A stretch of DNA of 64,000 nt from Tubulanus polymorphus (GCF_964204645.1 NC_134034.1:8754962-8818961), one strand, 5' to 3'. Positions 23,301 to 37,248 are shown, counted from the stretch's first letter. The notes: a model not told the origin generated them from the sequence alone. Made by a program: numbers and translations.

Positions 23301-24394
23301 TTCAATGCTCGTTTACTTAGACCCAAGTTATATTAGATACACGCCGGAGTCCGCCGCGCCACCGCTTCTATTTGACGTTCGGTCGTCTCTTTTGTATGCT
23401 ACCGTACATTGATTGTACCAAGGCTTTGCAAGCCATCAAGGGAACATTCTTTTTATATATCGAAATGTAAATTTTTGGAATGGAATTTTTCATGTGGACG
23501 TGATGTCTCCTTGGCATCAAGAACGATGAACTTTGTATTATAAGAAAATATATATATTTAATAATTCGTACTACATTCCAATCAAACTTCGAATCTTGCG
23601 TTTATTTTATTCGCCGGCACTGGAAGGAAGGACGAGGATTTCTGTTGTTTTCCTACTGCATTTCATCCATTTAGTTTTACGTGAGGATCGTTCCCCTATT
23701 GACCGTCGCTACGGACAACACTTATGCATACGACTAGTTTGACAGATCTGGCATGAGTCGCAATTAGCTCCTGAGATGACGGGGGAAAGCCATGTGCGAG
23801 AGGGCACTTGGAATGGGGGTAGCCATATCCGCCGAGTAATCAACACTGTGAGTTTCGTCCGAGGAAAGCCCCTAAAGCGGATTACTCTGAGGAGAGCGGG
23901 TTGGGGGGATTGTATTGGCCACACAGATTAAGGCTACGTGGAGTAGCGAGGCGACTGTTTGGAGGAGAGCGTACTGCTTGAGCACCCTTTTTAGCGACAT
24001 TTTTCAATAGAGGAACAAATTCTACATATTTTATACCATTTACTTTCCTGGGGAAGACAAGAGTCTCCTTGCCGTATTCACTACCCGAGTGCGGTCGACC
24101 CAGGCGGACCCGTGTAGCGAGCGCCCCGGCAGAGCAGAGTGACTACAACCACGCTACCTATGGACAACTGCAGTCACTACCAGAATTACTATTTTATATG
24201 TTTACACTACAACCGCTACAGTATTGACATTTGAATTTTCCTGCTGAAAATTAATTAATTCGAATCTGGCAGAAAATAATTTCCCGATTGATGCGTTTCA
24301 ACGAGTCTTCCATTTTTCTCCGTAATTAAAAAATTCGTAGTAATCTTCTTGTCCTTTTGTTTTCGAATGGTGCTAATTTGTAAAATTAAATTTT

Positions 24395-25785
24395 CAGGGT
24401 TCGTACACCTCCTGGAATTCCTGGAATTTGAGCAAAATCAATTCCAGGACCTTGAATTCCTGGAAATTCAGGGTTTTTAAGGGCTTTTCCTGGAAAACTC
24501 ATGGAATTTCAGGATCTTGGTCAACTGAATATTTTCTAGTTGTTTTCAATGGTCAGTCCATTTTCAAAGAATGGTCTTGTACAGGTATCGTTTGTGAAGT
24601 GTCTATACAATTTAAGTGTATAGAGCATTTGACTCGTGCCTTCTTAATTAGGCAATTAGTGGTCATCATTATTCCTTTATGTAGGACGTAAAGTTTGAAA
24701 GAATAAAGGTAATGTGTAATTTAGATAATGACAGACTGTAAAACTATGTCTTCAAGTCTAGGGCTATTACTGTTGAATTGAACAAATTAAGTCGAACAAG
24801 CTTAAATAGATAAAATGATTGAACACCACATCATTATCGTTTGCTGTGCCAGCGTGTGTTCACTGATGTTAGTCATTCGCTACGAAAATTCTAAGAGTTT
24901 ACAAAATCTGAACGACTCTTACGATGCCTGGGGGAAAGTGCATGTTCCAGGATGAATGGATTTCTGCCGATGAATTCAAGGACTGGCTTTGCAAGGATAT
25001 TAAATGTCGATACCGTGCATTTTGTTCGCTATGTGATAATACAATCGATATTGGAAAGATGCGCAAAGCGGCACCGAAGAGCCATATGAAAGGGAAGAAA
25101 CATATATCTGCTGTGAAAAAATTCAAGGAGAGTGTTTCAAACACAATTGCAATAACACAGTTTTTCTCTGGACGTAAAGAAAAACAATCTGCCAGTTATG
25201 AATCTACAACTGCAACTACTGGTAGACCAACTTCAACTGTTTTACCGACTATCGAAAGCGCCGTCATGAAAACAGATGTATTGAAATCGGAACTTCTGTG
25301 GACTATGAAAGCGATGTCATCGCATTACTCGTATCATTCATGTGAGAATCTGAAGCCAGTTTTACGTGCTATGTTCCCCGATAGCAAAATAGCTGCTGGG
25401 TTTAGCTGTGGTGAAAAAAGGCAATGTACTTAACTGTTTATGGCTTGGCTCCTTGCTTCAAGTCACTGTTATTAAAAAATGTTGCTAGCCAAGACAACTC
25501 TGTATTATTGTTCGATGAAAGTTTAAATCGCGAGAATCAAAAAAGCAACTTGACATGTTCGTGCGATACTGGGACCATGGCAAAATTGTTTCCCGATATT
25601 ATGGTTCAGAGTTCATGGGTCATGCTGATTCATCTATGCTCGTGGATCACTTCTCTGACTGTGTAAAAGATCTGTGCTTCAGTCGACTGTTACAGATTTC
25701 TATGGATGGCCCCAATGTAAATTGGGTATTTCATAGAAAATTTCAAGATAAACTTTTTACTGACTGTGGAAATAAACTGTGTAAT
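24395..25785 (+). mobile_element. 5' part of a hAT-superfamily transposon (3'-truncated)
   Basis: Begins CAGGGTTCGTAC with repeated (T)CCTGGAA subterminal motifs, followed by a transposase fragment. Confidence 0.75.
24924..25785 (+). pseudogene. Frameshifted, truncated hAT-like transposase
   Basis: BED-like finger W...AFC..C..........H....KH; MFPDS.IA; YGLAP; FDESLN; VRYWD; SMDGPNVN. Spread over three frames. Confidence 0.85.
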
Positions 25786-26306
25786 ATCATAGTCCTGCGA
25801 TCAACGGTTCTCCTTGAATCGCGTTCACAAGCTCATGCGGACGGACGAACGGACGGACGGACGGAAGCGGATACCAAGTCCCCCGCTCGCGGCCCATGCC
25901 GCGCGGGGGACAAAAAGAGTCATAATCGCAGCATCGTACAGGACACATCGTTTTCTTTTCGTTATTCGTCTTTCGTATCAAATTCAATCCTAAGGATATC
26001 GTGGTGGTGGACAATCGCCCCCACAAGAAGCGCGGTTACCCAGTGCCACTTGCGACCCATGCGGATAATCACCGAATCCTCGCTTCTCTCAGTGGCCCTG
26101 CCAGTAATCCCATTTTATTACGCATTCAAATCAATGAGAAAATTAGATCTGAAGTAATTGTTTCTGCCTACTTCCCGTCTGTGTTACTAAATACACGATT
26201 GTAAATCATATTGAAGCAGAATATGTATATTGACACATAACCCATAAATTGCATCATTCATAAAATGCAAATATCTAAGGCTGGTCGTAAAGCCCCCTGG
26301 GGCTAA
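25786..26306. mobile_element. Helentron/HINE-like fragments
   Basis: (GGAC)n microsatellite plus a GTCCCC...GGGGAC hairpin ending AAAAA at ~25916. 26190-26305 is homologous (inverted) to 30038-30155. Confidence 0.55.
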
Positions 26307-26460
26307 CGTTGATATATACATAAATTTAGAATTTATAAAATGATCATTCCAATCAAAGTCTCAACTATGATTTCTATGAACTTTGTACTTTTGATCATGT
26401 CTTACCTATCAAAAAATTGTAAGCTGTTACTAACAGTCAGTGGGAATGTTATGTAGTGTA

Positions 26461-26582
26461 AGTAATAGGGAATATGTTGTTTCATACCAAAGGTCGAAAG
26501 GTCGAAAAATAAATTCTCGCACACTCGAATTTATTTTTCGACCTTTCAACCTTTGATACGAAACAACATATTCCCTATTACT
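26461..26582. repeat. ~120-bp near-perfect palindrome at the left edge of the Polinton-like region
   Basis: AGTAATAGGGAATATGTTGTTTC...GAAACAACATATTCCCTATTACT, arms ~56 bp. Confidence 0.9.
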
Positions 26583-26639
26583 CTTAAATTATTTATATAT
26601 ATGAATGAAAAACTTCTAAAATCAATTTTAATAAAAAAA

Positions 26640-27007
26640 TTGGTATTAAAATTGAGAGTAGTAAACAAGTACACAGTGAGAATAACAAATCATTTCTAGA
26701 TAGAATAAAAGATATCACAAATGCTAAATCAGTAGATTATAAATTTAAGAAGTTAACAGAATTAACAATTCATAAGAAATATTTAATTACAAATATTGAT
26801 ACAGTTACTAACAAATATGGAGATAAATTAGTTATTCACTTAGAATATGAAGGATTAAAAGGAAATAAATATAAATTCAGAACATATTTACCAGATAGAT
26901 TTCATAGATTATCAAGTGAAGATTTCGAAGAATTATGTTCTGGTGATTTCTATTTCATATATAAAGGTAAGAATGAAAAAGGGCACCATGAAATAGATTT
27001 CGAATAA
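26640..27007 (+). pseudogene. Small Polinton-associated protein (possible OB-fold ssDNA-binding), start codon apparently lost
   Basis: Open frame not in the ORF track: ...FKKLTEL..HKKYLIT....NKYGDKLVIHL....RTYLPDRF...YKGK...IDFE*. The fold is an inference. Confidence 0.5.
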
Positions 27008-27045
27008 CTTCTAAAATCAATTTTAATAAAAAATTGGATATCAAA

Positions 27046-30000
27046 ATGGAAGCAAATAAGTACTACTGTTCAACATGTAAAATAGATATAGATAAATCTC
27101 AAAAAGCAAGACATAATAAAACTAAAACACATTTAGAGAATAAATTGAAATTAGAATATAAAGATGATATATTAGAAACTAAATTAGATGAATTAAAGAA
27201 TGAAAAAGAAACATACAAATGTGACACATGTAATCAATCATTCAGTAACAAAAGATATTATAAAGAACATTTAAAATCTAAAAGTCATATTAGAAATATG
27301 AATAATGATATCTTAGGTGAAGATTATTTTGATAACGATAATGAGAAGAAACAGAAGACAATTAAAAGAATAAAAAATAAAATAAACAATAAAAGGCCAT
27401 ACATGGAAGATGTAAGAGATTACATTAATTCATTAGATAATAAAAAAGAAATAGAAATAACCGAAGCATTTAAAAGCGATATTGTACCAGCTGCTATTGA
27501 ATTTAAATTTCATAAAGGTAAAACATTAGAAGAAAATAAAAAACATTTAGAAAATATGAAAAGTATTATAAAAATAATTACTGGTGTTGAATACCCTAAG
27601 ATTAGTATATCAGTTAAAGTAAAATTTTTAAAATCTATTAACAACATATAGATGATAAATTAGATAAATGTTATAATGAAATAAAAAGTAAAATAGAAGA
27701 AAAATATTTTGAAGGATCTGGTTTAATATTCGATGAAATAATATTTATGACTTTACATGTTTATAACACAAAATATACTAAGTTAACTAAATCAAAACCA
27801 ATAGATGAAAATAATTTATCATATTATAAAGATGATAATATAAATGGATCAAGTTATATCAAATTACCATTTAAAACTAATGCTGTTTTAAATGTACAAA
27901 ATTTTGATGATAAATGTTTTCTATGGACAATTATAAGTTCTTTACATCCAACATAAGATATTACACATAGTTTTAGATTAACAAATTATAAACCATTTGA
28001 AAATAATTATAAGATAGATAATTATCCTGTTAGAATTAAAAATATCCCAAAAATAGAAAGAGATAATAATTTAAAGATAAATGTATTTGATTTTATCAAA
28101 TTACCAAGAAAAAAAAGGTAACAATATAAAACATTAAAAGAAAAAGAATCGACTTATTTTTCAAATCAGAAAATGATTATACTCGTAAAATATATCTATG
28201 TAGAAAATGTTTACATAAATTCAGTAATGAAAGTGCATTATTAAATCATAAACAATTATGTGAAAATCATGATTATTGTAAAATAGTTTTACCAAATGAA
28301 AAATATAAGATATTAGAATTCAAAAAAATATGATTACAAGAATAAAGTGCCATATGTAATACATGGAGATTTTGAATCATTAAATAAGGAATTAACTGAT
28401 CAAGATAGAAAAGAAATATATCATAAAAGAAAGAAATTAAATTCTGAAAATGATGTAATTGATTATTCAGATCCTCTAATAACAAATACTATTAAAAAAA
28501 TTCATCAAAGAGCTGCAGCTTTTGGATTATATATTAAATCTGATTATCCAGAACTAATTAAAAAAAAATATTATCATTATAGAAATGAAAATGTTATCAA
28601 TCTTTTTTGTGACTTATTAATTGAATATGAAATAAAATTTAATAAATTGTTAAATAAAAATAAAGAAATAATTATGACAGAAGAAGATAAAGAAGAATTT
28701 GAGTTTGCAGATAAATTTTACTATTGTGAAAAGATATTTAATTTTAAAGATAAAAAAGTTAGAGACCATGATCATTTGAATGGAAAGTTTAGAGGTGCAG
28801 CGCATGAGAATTGTAACTTACATGCTAAGAAAATCAATTTTGTTCCTGTAATATTTCATAATCAATCAGGGTATGATGCTAATTTATTTATCAAACAGCT
28901 ATGTCATAAAATAGAAGAAATCATTGATGAAATAGAGAGAGTAAATTCAAATAGATCAAAAGATAAAATACCAACATATAAATTTAAAATGTAAGCTAAA
29001 ACATCTGAGAATTATATATCTTTCCAATTTGGGTGTCTAAGATTTATAGATTCATATAGATTTTTAAGTAGTTCATTAGATAATTTATCAAAATCATTAG
29101 TTGATGATGAATTAAAAATATTGAAACAACATTATCCAAATAATGATGATTTTCAATTAATGAGATATAAAGGAGCAATTTCATATTCATTTTATAAATC
29201 ACATAATGATTTCAATATAACTGAATTATTAAAAGAACAATTCTATGATGAATTAAAAAATGAATATGTTAAAGATGAAGTCTATAATAGAACAGTGAAT
29301 ATTTGGAATCACTTCGGAATGAAAAATCATGGACAATTAGTAGATTTATATCTAAATTCAGATGTATTATTATTAACTGATATATTTGAAAGGTTTAGAG
29401 ATGTAAATCTAAAATATTTTAATATTGATCCATGTCATTGTTATTCGAGCCCAGGATTGGCTCGGATGGTGGTTTAAAATTTACAGATATAAGAATGGAT
29501 TTGTTAACAAATATAGATCAATTATCATTATTTGAAAAATCAATAAGAGGAGGACTTTCGGGTGTTTTAGGTGATAGATATTTCAATGTAAATGATAACC
29601 CTGGATATAAGTTATTATATATAGATGCAAATAATCTATATGGTTGGGCAGTGATGGAACCACAGCCTTATGGAGTATTTGAAATAAGTGAAGTTTTACA
29701 GTATGAAAATAATGATAAATTTGATTGGAAGAAAATAATTCTAGATATTTCGGATGATTCAGACACTGGTAACTTTTTTGTTGTAGATTTAGAATATCCT
29801 GAAGATTAGAATCTAGAAATTAGATAATATCCTGAAAATTTAAATGTAAAAATCTAGCATACTGTCCCGAACATAAAACTGTTATTCACGAAGAATTATC
29901 AAATTATCAAAAAAGAATTAAACCTGAAAATCATATTCATACAGAAAAGTTAATGGTAACTCAGGAAGATAAATATAATTATGTAGTACATTATAGAATG

Positions 30001-33000
30001 AAGTTTTATTTGAATCAAGGAATGGTTCTAAAAAAAGAGCCCCAAGGGGCACAATGGCTTGCTGTCAGATTTGCTTTTTATAAATGATGTAATCTGTGGG
30101 TTATATTTATCAATATACACCCTCTGCTCAATGTCATTTACATAGTACAATCGTGTGTTAACACAGACAGCAGGAGCGAATGTAATATAGAAATACTAAG
30201 TTATTGTATTGTTCAACGCCCCTGGTGGCCATATACAAAAACCAATGAGCTTGAAACTCACCTCAATCATAGAACATGTCATGAGCTACAACTTTCCAAT
30301 TGATTGTGGTAGCAAAATATGCATAGGTACGAATGTAATATAGAAATACTAAGTTATTGTATTGTTCAACGCCCCCTGGTGGCCATAAACAAAAACCAAT
30401 GAGCTTGAAACTCACCTCAATCATAGAACATGTCATGAGCTACAACTTTCCAATTAATTATGGTAGCAAAATATGCTTAAGTATCAAAATGATGTGGCAA
30501 AACTTTTTTTCCACCTATGAATGAGTACTGATGACCCCAAGATGGCCGCCAATTGCGTCATAATTGCCTGGTCAAAAATACCCTCTCGGATATAAAAGAT
30601 CCTTTTCCAAAGAATACCCATTACAAATTGCAATGAAAAATGGCACATCATTAGAAAGCTACAGGACTCAGAATTCAGGCCAAAATTAACATTTTTGGGA
30701 ACAAAAAAGGTCACAGGACGGCCATCTTGAGTCCGATCGACCCAATTTTTCTCATGCCGATGGGCCCTTGGGGGATACAAATATATACGAATGATCAAGG
30801 TTATTGATAAAAGTGTCTTCAAAATTTCCCTCGAAAACTTCTAAAATGTGTAAAAAGTGCTGATTATGGCGAACAACAATGGCTGCCAGTCGGCCATCTT
30901 GAATCTGACAGGGCCAGTTTTTGGCCTGAAGATGTGTCTAGGGTAGATACACGTATAAACCAAATATCAAGACATTACCTTGAAGCGTCTTCAAAACTTT
31001 GGAACTCTCATGAACTATCTAGATGGTTATCTCTCGACTCAATAGCTTCAAGACCCATCTCAAAACAACTTTGTTCCATGCAGCATACCATTAACTCTCG
31101 GAAAGCGAATTGGATTTAACATTTTTTGGCAGAATAAAATTTGATTGAATTTGCAATTCGAGCACATGGCTAATTAGCATATCAAGTTCATACACTCGAT
31201 TTGGGAAAAGAAATTTTTTGCGAACCTTGCGCAATTGTCAAGGATGAATTTTCTGTAGAGCAAATAAAAATTCCTCCCAAACACCAAATCAGCTAAAGAT
31301 TTCATAGAAATCGATCTTGAAATACGATTTTAAATCTTAAAATAAAACCCGGAAGTAAAACAATAGACGATACCGCGGGTTCACGTGAACACCTGATTTT
31401 TGTAAACGAAATGTTGGTTGTGACAAAATTGTTCAGACGGTTTTAGGTGGTAATAAGTACGGAAACGTAACGACCATGGTCGACTTATTCGATGAAATCA
31501 GGCCTATGTGATATCCAAATTTTGACTTTTTTATTCTCCAGAAATAACAAATTTTGGTGGTACGAATAGTGCAATCACAGCGCCGACGGCGACAGAGCCG
31601 TGTCAGAGATCGGCGGAGTGAAAATTGCGGAGGTGGACGAACACGAAGAAGTAGGCTATTGAGCTACTTGAATCGCGAAAATTCCTGGCGCGGCCCCGAC
31701 GCTTTTCGTTGATTAAGTGTAGTACAAATATCAAGCAATGGGCTTTCACAATCTACCGCCGGTGTTTACCGGATTTCAATATCACTCCAAAATTCAAAGA
31801 AACCTCGAAATATCGAACCGCAACACTTTCGGTAGATATCCGCAGCTGCCCAACCGGGAAACTTATTTGTTGATAGCATCGATAGGATCCATCATCTTCT
31901 CCCGTCAAGGGATTCGAACCCACTAAGCTAAAGCCGTGCCAGAATCGGGTCGGGCCAATCACAGCGCTTGTAACAAACCACATTAGGCTTCTGTGGAATT
32001 TCCCAGTAAATGGGCCAATCAGCGAACACGTAGCGAACGCGGAAGTATTGTCGCGTGTTGATACATGACGTCATGCGCAAAAGCGCCAGTAATGAAATCA
32101 CGATAATTCACGTGAACAGCTGCTGATATTTTTAGATAAACCAATCACAGGGAAGACACAACATCCTGATTGGCTGATAAAAATTGAAATTTTCCCGATT
32201 TTATTTTCGTGAAAAATGCAGAAAACATTTTTATGAAAGCCTATTTCAAAATTCTGCTCGCTACGATTCCGAGAATGGATTACGCTTAAATACGTGATTT
32301 GTTCGAATATGCCTTCACTTGGCAAGCAAAAGAACCTTTTGTGTGGAAACCATGTCATTTAAATTCGCTCCATTTGTATAGTAATAGGCTCAGCCTACGG
32401 CTGGCCTAACAAGTACATAGATATATTTCATTCAGTCAATCTAAATGGTTAGAAAAATATATAGATTTTAACACCAAACAGAGAACTAAAGCTAAAACTG
32501 ATTTTGAGAAAGATTTCTTCAAGTTAATGAATAATGCATTCTATGGTAAGACTTGTAAAAATATTAGAAATAGAAATGATATTGAGTTAGTTAGTAATGG
32601 TAAAAGAATTAGACATTTACAAACATATCCTAAGTTTATAGGTAACAGAATATTTGATAAAAATTTAGCTGCAGTTAAAATGAGAACTTCTATGAAATTT
32701 AATGAACCAATTTATGTTGGAGCATCAGTTTTAGAAATATCAAAATTATTAATGTATGAATTTTACTAAACGTATTACAACCTCATTTTGGAGAAAGGCA
32801 TATAGAAATCTTATATTTTGATACCGACAGTTACATATTAAAGATAAAAACTAATAACATAACAGATGATTTAAAAACATTAAAACATCATTTCGACTTT
32901 AGTAATTATCCTAAAGATTATGAATTGTTTAGCAATGATAATAAAAAGGTGCCCGGTAAATTCAAAGATGAATTAGGAGATGAAGAAATGATAGAATTTT

Positions 33001-33353
33001 TAGGTATTCGATCTAAAATGTATAGTTACAAAACTAAAACTCATGAATCTAAAAAGTTAAAAGGAATTACCAAAAGCGTTGTTGAAAAGAATATTCATTT
33101 TAAAGATTACATCAATTGTATATTTAATGAAGAAGTTAGAAAACATAAGATGAAATGTTTAAGATCTGAGTACCACGAAATGTTTATTGAAGAAATTGAA
33201 AAGGTTAGTCTAAATCCATTTGACGATAAAAGATATATTCTGGATGATGGCATACACACAGTTGCTTATGGTTGCAATTTAGAAGAAAACTTAAAGTTCA
33301 AAAGAGAAGAAACAAAAGAGAATGAGATTTTAAAAAGAATTCCAGCATGTTAA
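27046..33353 (+). pseudogene. polB: Protein-primed family B DNA polymerase with N-terminal C2H2 fingers and an endonuclease VII-like insert; fragmented and interrupted at ~30036-32410
   Basis: DFES, RDHDHLNGKFRGAAH..CNL, FHN.SGYD, YL.SDV, YIDANNLYG, KLMNNAFYGK, YFDTDS, K.KGI and DDKRY motifs in order. Confidence 0.93.
30036..32410 (-). mobile_element. ~2.4-kb Helentron/HINE-like non-autonomous insertion in pPolB
   Basis: PolB reads GMVLKK before and VHRYISFSQSKWL after. Inserted in an A-run. Terminal hairpins GAGCCCCAAGGGGC and AGGCTCAGCCTACGGCTGGCCT. Internal ~153-bp tandem duplication (30178-30476). Homology to 500-745 and 26190-26305. Confidence 0.75.
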
Positions 33354-33381
33354 TCAATTTTAATAAAAATATAAATTATAA

Positions 33382-34110
33382 ATGGAAAGTACACAAGCAC
33401 AAACTATCAATATAAACAATAATACTGGGGTTATTAATATTTACTACAAGAAATGTTATAAGTGTAAAATAAATAAATCATTAGCAGAATATTATAAAGA
33501 TAAATATTCTAAAGGTGGTAAACTTGTAGTAAACTATATAGTAAACAATATCGAGCAAATAATCCAGAAAAAAAGCAAAGAAATGAATAAAGAATGGAGA
33601 GAAAATCACCCGGATTATATAAAAGAATATATGAGAAAATGGTTGGAAAATAATATAGAGAATAAAAATAATTATCAAAATGAAAGGTATAAAACAGATT
33701 TTAATTACAAAATGAGAAAATGTTTAAGTTCTAGATTAACACAATTATTCAGTGAAGATAAACACTCAGTTACACTAACAAATTTGTTAGATTGTTCAGA
33801 TGAATTCTTAAAATCATGGATTATATATCAGTTTAATGATGAAATGAATATTAATAATTATGGCGAATATTTCCAAATAGATCATGTGTTGCCGATTTCT
33901 AAATTTAACATGAATGATGAACACAATAAAAAACTAATTTGGAATTGGAAAAATTTAAGGCCTAAAGAAAAGAAAGAAAATTAGATTAAATTTAACAAAC
34001 TAGATTTACAATTATATTTGGATCAATTAGATAAAGCAAAGAAATTCATTGAATTATGGAACAATGATCCAAATAATGAACAATACGTTGAGCCTTTGAT
34101 AAGTGGTTAA
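33382..34110 (+). pseudogene. HNH endonuclease of NCLDV/Polinton type
   Basis: CYKC...K....Y N-terminus, LLDCS...L..WI, NYG..FQIDHVLP.S.F, WNWKNLRP....EN. Stop at 33984 with apparent continuation. Confidence 0.8.
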
Positions 34111-34471
34111 AGAATAGTTTACAGGAATTTAATATCGAGAATCCGAAATGACTTATCTGGACAGTTATTTTAACTGCTCCTATAGATAGACAAAAGTAGT
34201 GAGATTTTAAATAGAATTCAAATAAAATATATCAAAAATTACATATCTTCAACCAGCCATTATTTCTATTTTAATTATTTTCAAAATCTAATATTTTCTT
34301 TTCAAAAAGAGATTAAATAGATTTTGATAAGACTTGAATCAAAATTCTTTAACTTTAACTAAGCTAGTCAATTTAGTATTAACCTAAAGAGTTACTAGTA
34401 TTAACCTGAAGAGTTATCAGTTTCATTTGAAGAATACTTATAATATTTTTTTCGCTTTTTTGCTAAAATAA

Positions 34472-35403
34472 ATGTCAAAGAAATCTGATATTGAAAAGAC
34501 CATTGAGGATTTGGGCATTACTAGCAATAATGATACAGTTTCTTATTGTATTCAAAATGATGATATTGATTATGAATACTATTTAACATGTAAGCACCAT
34601 CTAGACTATTGATTGCTGGTGGAAAATCTAAGGAATTCTTAAATAGAATTATAACTTTTCAAGAATTAGATAACATGAAACCAGATAAAGTAATAAAACA
34701 TTTCAAAATACATGAAGAAGCTAGATTAGCTAGAATAAACGACTCGATAAGTGATGGTATTATAAAATGTTATTGCAAGTTATGTAACCGGATAATACCA
34801 ATTGATGATGAAGATAAATTATATAGCGATTTAAAAAATGATTATTTAGTTATGACAGAATTACAGAAATGGGTTGGATACGCTTCATTCCAATTAGGTG
34901 GAATAATGACATTGATCTCTACTGGAGTTATAACTTTTTTCCTAACATTAAACCTATCGTATGTAAAGATAAAAATAAATCAGAAGATATTGAATCAGAA
35001 CAAAAATTAATTAAAATAAATGAGTGATGATGTTGAGAAGAAGCCTAGATCTGAGAAACAAATTAAATGGGCAAGGGAATTGGGTAAAAGATCTTCTGAG
35101 TTTAAAAGCTAAGAAAAAGAAATTAACTGACATAAGAAAAAGAAATTAGCTGACATAAATGAATCACAGAAACTATCTGTTATTGATTCGAATGATAATC
35201 CATCTGATTCTTCTCATGCTGGAAGTAATAATCAATTATATATTACAATTGGATTAGTAACAGTTATCATATTTTCTGGTGTAATATATAAATATAAATC
35301 CAAATCTATTGATAATGATTCCGATGATAAACCTATTATACCAGAAAATAAGTCAAATGATGAAGTCATTGAAAATAAACCAAGATTATTATTAATGGAT
35401 TAA
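34472..35403 (+). pseudogene. Two small Polinton-type ORFs (the second has a single TM segment), disrupted
   Basis: TAAATG starts at 34472 and 35020. Hydrophobic stretch YITIGLVTVIIFSGVIY. Internal stops. Confidence 0.45.
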
Positions 35404-35409
35404 AATAAG

Positions 35410-36440
35410 ATGAAAAAAGAACAATATTTAAGAGATTTATGTTATAACCCAGAGAGTGAAGTATCATATTCTAGTGTTTCAGAATTATGGGATAAAATTA
35501 AATCTGATAAAGAAAATATAAAATATAGTGACTTAAGATTATGGTTACAAAATCAACCCACATCAAATCCATAAGAAAATGGATAAAAATTATTTATCAA
35601 GAAAAGTTATGGTTTCATTTATTGATCAACAATGGCAAGCAGATTTAATTGACATGAAGAACTTAGAGGATTACAACAAAGGATATTTCTGGATACTGAA
35701 TGTTATAGATATATTTAGTAGATACGCATGGAGTATTCCAATCAAAAATAAAACTGGTATAGAAGTAACAAATGCTTTTAAATCAATATTTAAAGAATCT
35801 ATGCCAGGGACAATTTGATGAAGGTAAGGAATTTTATAATAAACATTTTAAAAAACTTTTATCTGATAACGATGTAGATTATTTTTCAACGCACTCAGAT
35901 AAAAAACCATCTATTATAGAATGATTTAATAAGACATTGGAAACTAAAATGTGGAAATATTTTACTGCAAATGAAACATTCTATAAATTCTACGTTCTAT
36001 AAATATGAAACCTATACAAGCTAGAAAAGAAGATAATTCAGAAATAGTTTGGAATAATCTATATGGAGCATTTGTTACACATGATTTTGGAGAACCAAAA
36101 TTTGAAATAGGATAGCATGTAAGAATGTCTAAATATCGAAAAACATTTTACAAAGGTTATATTCCATATCTTCCTGAAGAAATATTCAAGATTAAAAAAA
36201 ATGATATTAACTAAACCATTTGTTTATAAATTAGTAGATCTAAAAGATGAAGAAATATTAGGTTATTTTTATGAACAAGAATTATCACTCGTACCAGATG
36301 AAATAGAATACAAAATAGAAAAAGTATTGAAAAGAAAAACGTTGCGTGGTAAGAAATATTCTTTGGTGAAATATAAAGGGTATGATGACAAATTTAATGA
36401 ATGGATTTTATCTAGTAAAATAAAAAGAATAAATAAATAA
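35410..36440 (+). pseudogene. Polinton retroviral-like (rve) integrase with C-terminal chromodomain, degraded
   Basis: QWQADLIDM, ID.FSRYAW, D.GKEFYN, IE.FN.TL, FY.QEL and IEKVLK......LVKYKGY...FN.WI. Confidence 0.92.
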
Positions 36441-36468
36441 AGATTTATTTATATTTGAAACACATAAT

Positions 36469-36782
36469 ATGTTAGTTACTGGAGTAACCAACTGTGGTAA
36501 AACACATTTTGTATTAGATTTATTAGAAACTATTTATAAGAATCATTTTGATAATATTATATTATTCTGTCCTACTTATGAAATGAATAAAACATATAAT
36601 AGAGTTATAGTTAAGATTTATTATATTAGATCCTAAAACAGTTAAAAGAAAATCTAGATAATTGGAAGAAAATCAAATTATACCTTCTGACTTACACGAT
36701 GAATATATGAATAAATTAAAAAGCAATAAAGGTTCAAAATTATTACTGAGGCTTCAATTTCCTTATAATATGAATTAATAAA
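36469..36782 (+). pseudogene. Packaging ATPase (A32-like) remnant with internal deletion
   Basis: MLVTGVTNCGKTHFVLDLL...FDNIIIFCPT: Walker A region typical of Polinton ATPases. Confidence 0.75.
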
Positions 36783-37090
36783 ATAAAATCATAATTTAAG
36801 CATTTATGTATTGTGTATTAAATACGTATTAGATACCTTAATACCTAACACCCCCTTTTTAAAAATAACTGTTTATATATGTATGTACTAGACGTATGAG
36901 TAAGAAACCAAGATTCTTGCCAAGAAAGTAAGAAAGTAAGAATCTTGGTTTCTTACTCGTACCTCTCGTACATAGATATATAAATACCTTATTTTATAAA
37001 AATTATTAATATAAATTTTTAAATGAAATATATAATAATGAATAAATTATGTATCAAAACTATGTTTATAATTTATGTTTACACAGGGGT

Positions 37091-37248
<158 letters not shown>

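Noticed and set aside
25786-26157. C-terminal half of ORF 25555-26157 as part of the hAT transposase
   Set aside because: After ~25785 it runs into HINE microsatellite sequence; a chimeric read-through.
31900-31925. GGGATTCGAACCC box B-like motifs (also ~56593) as tRNA genes
   Set aside because: No cloverleaf; at most SINE-derived fragments.
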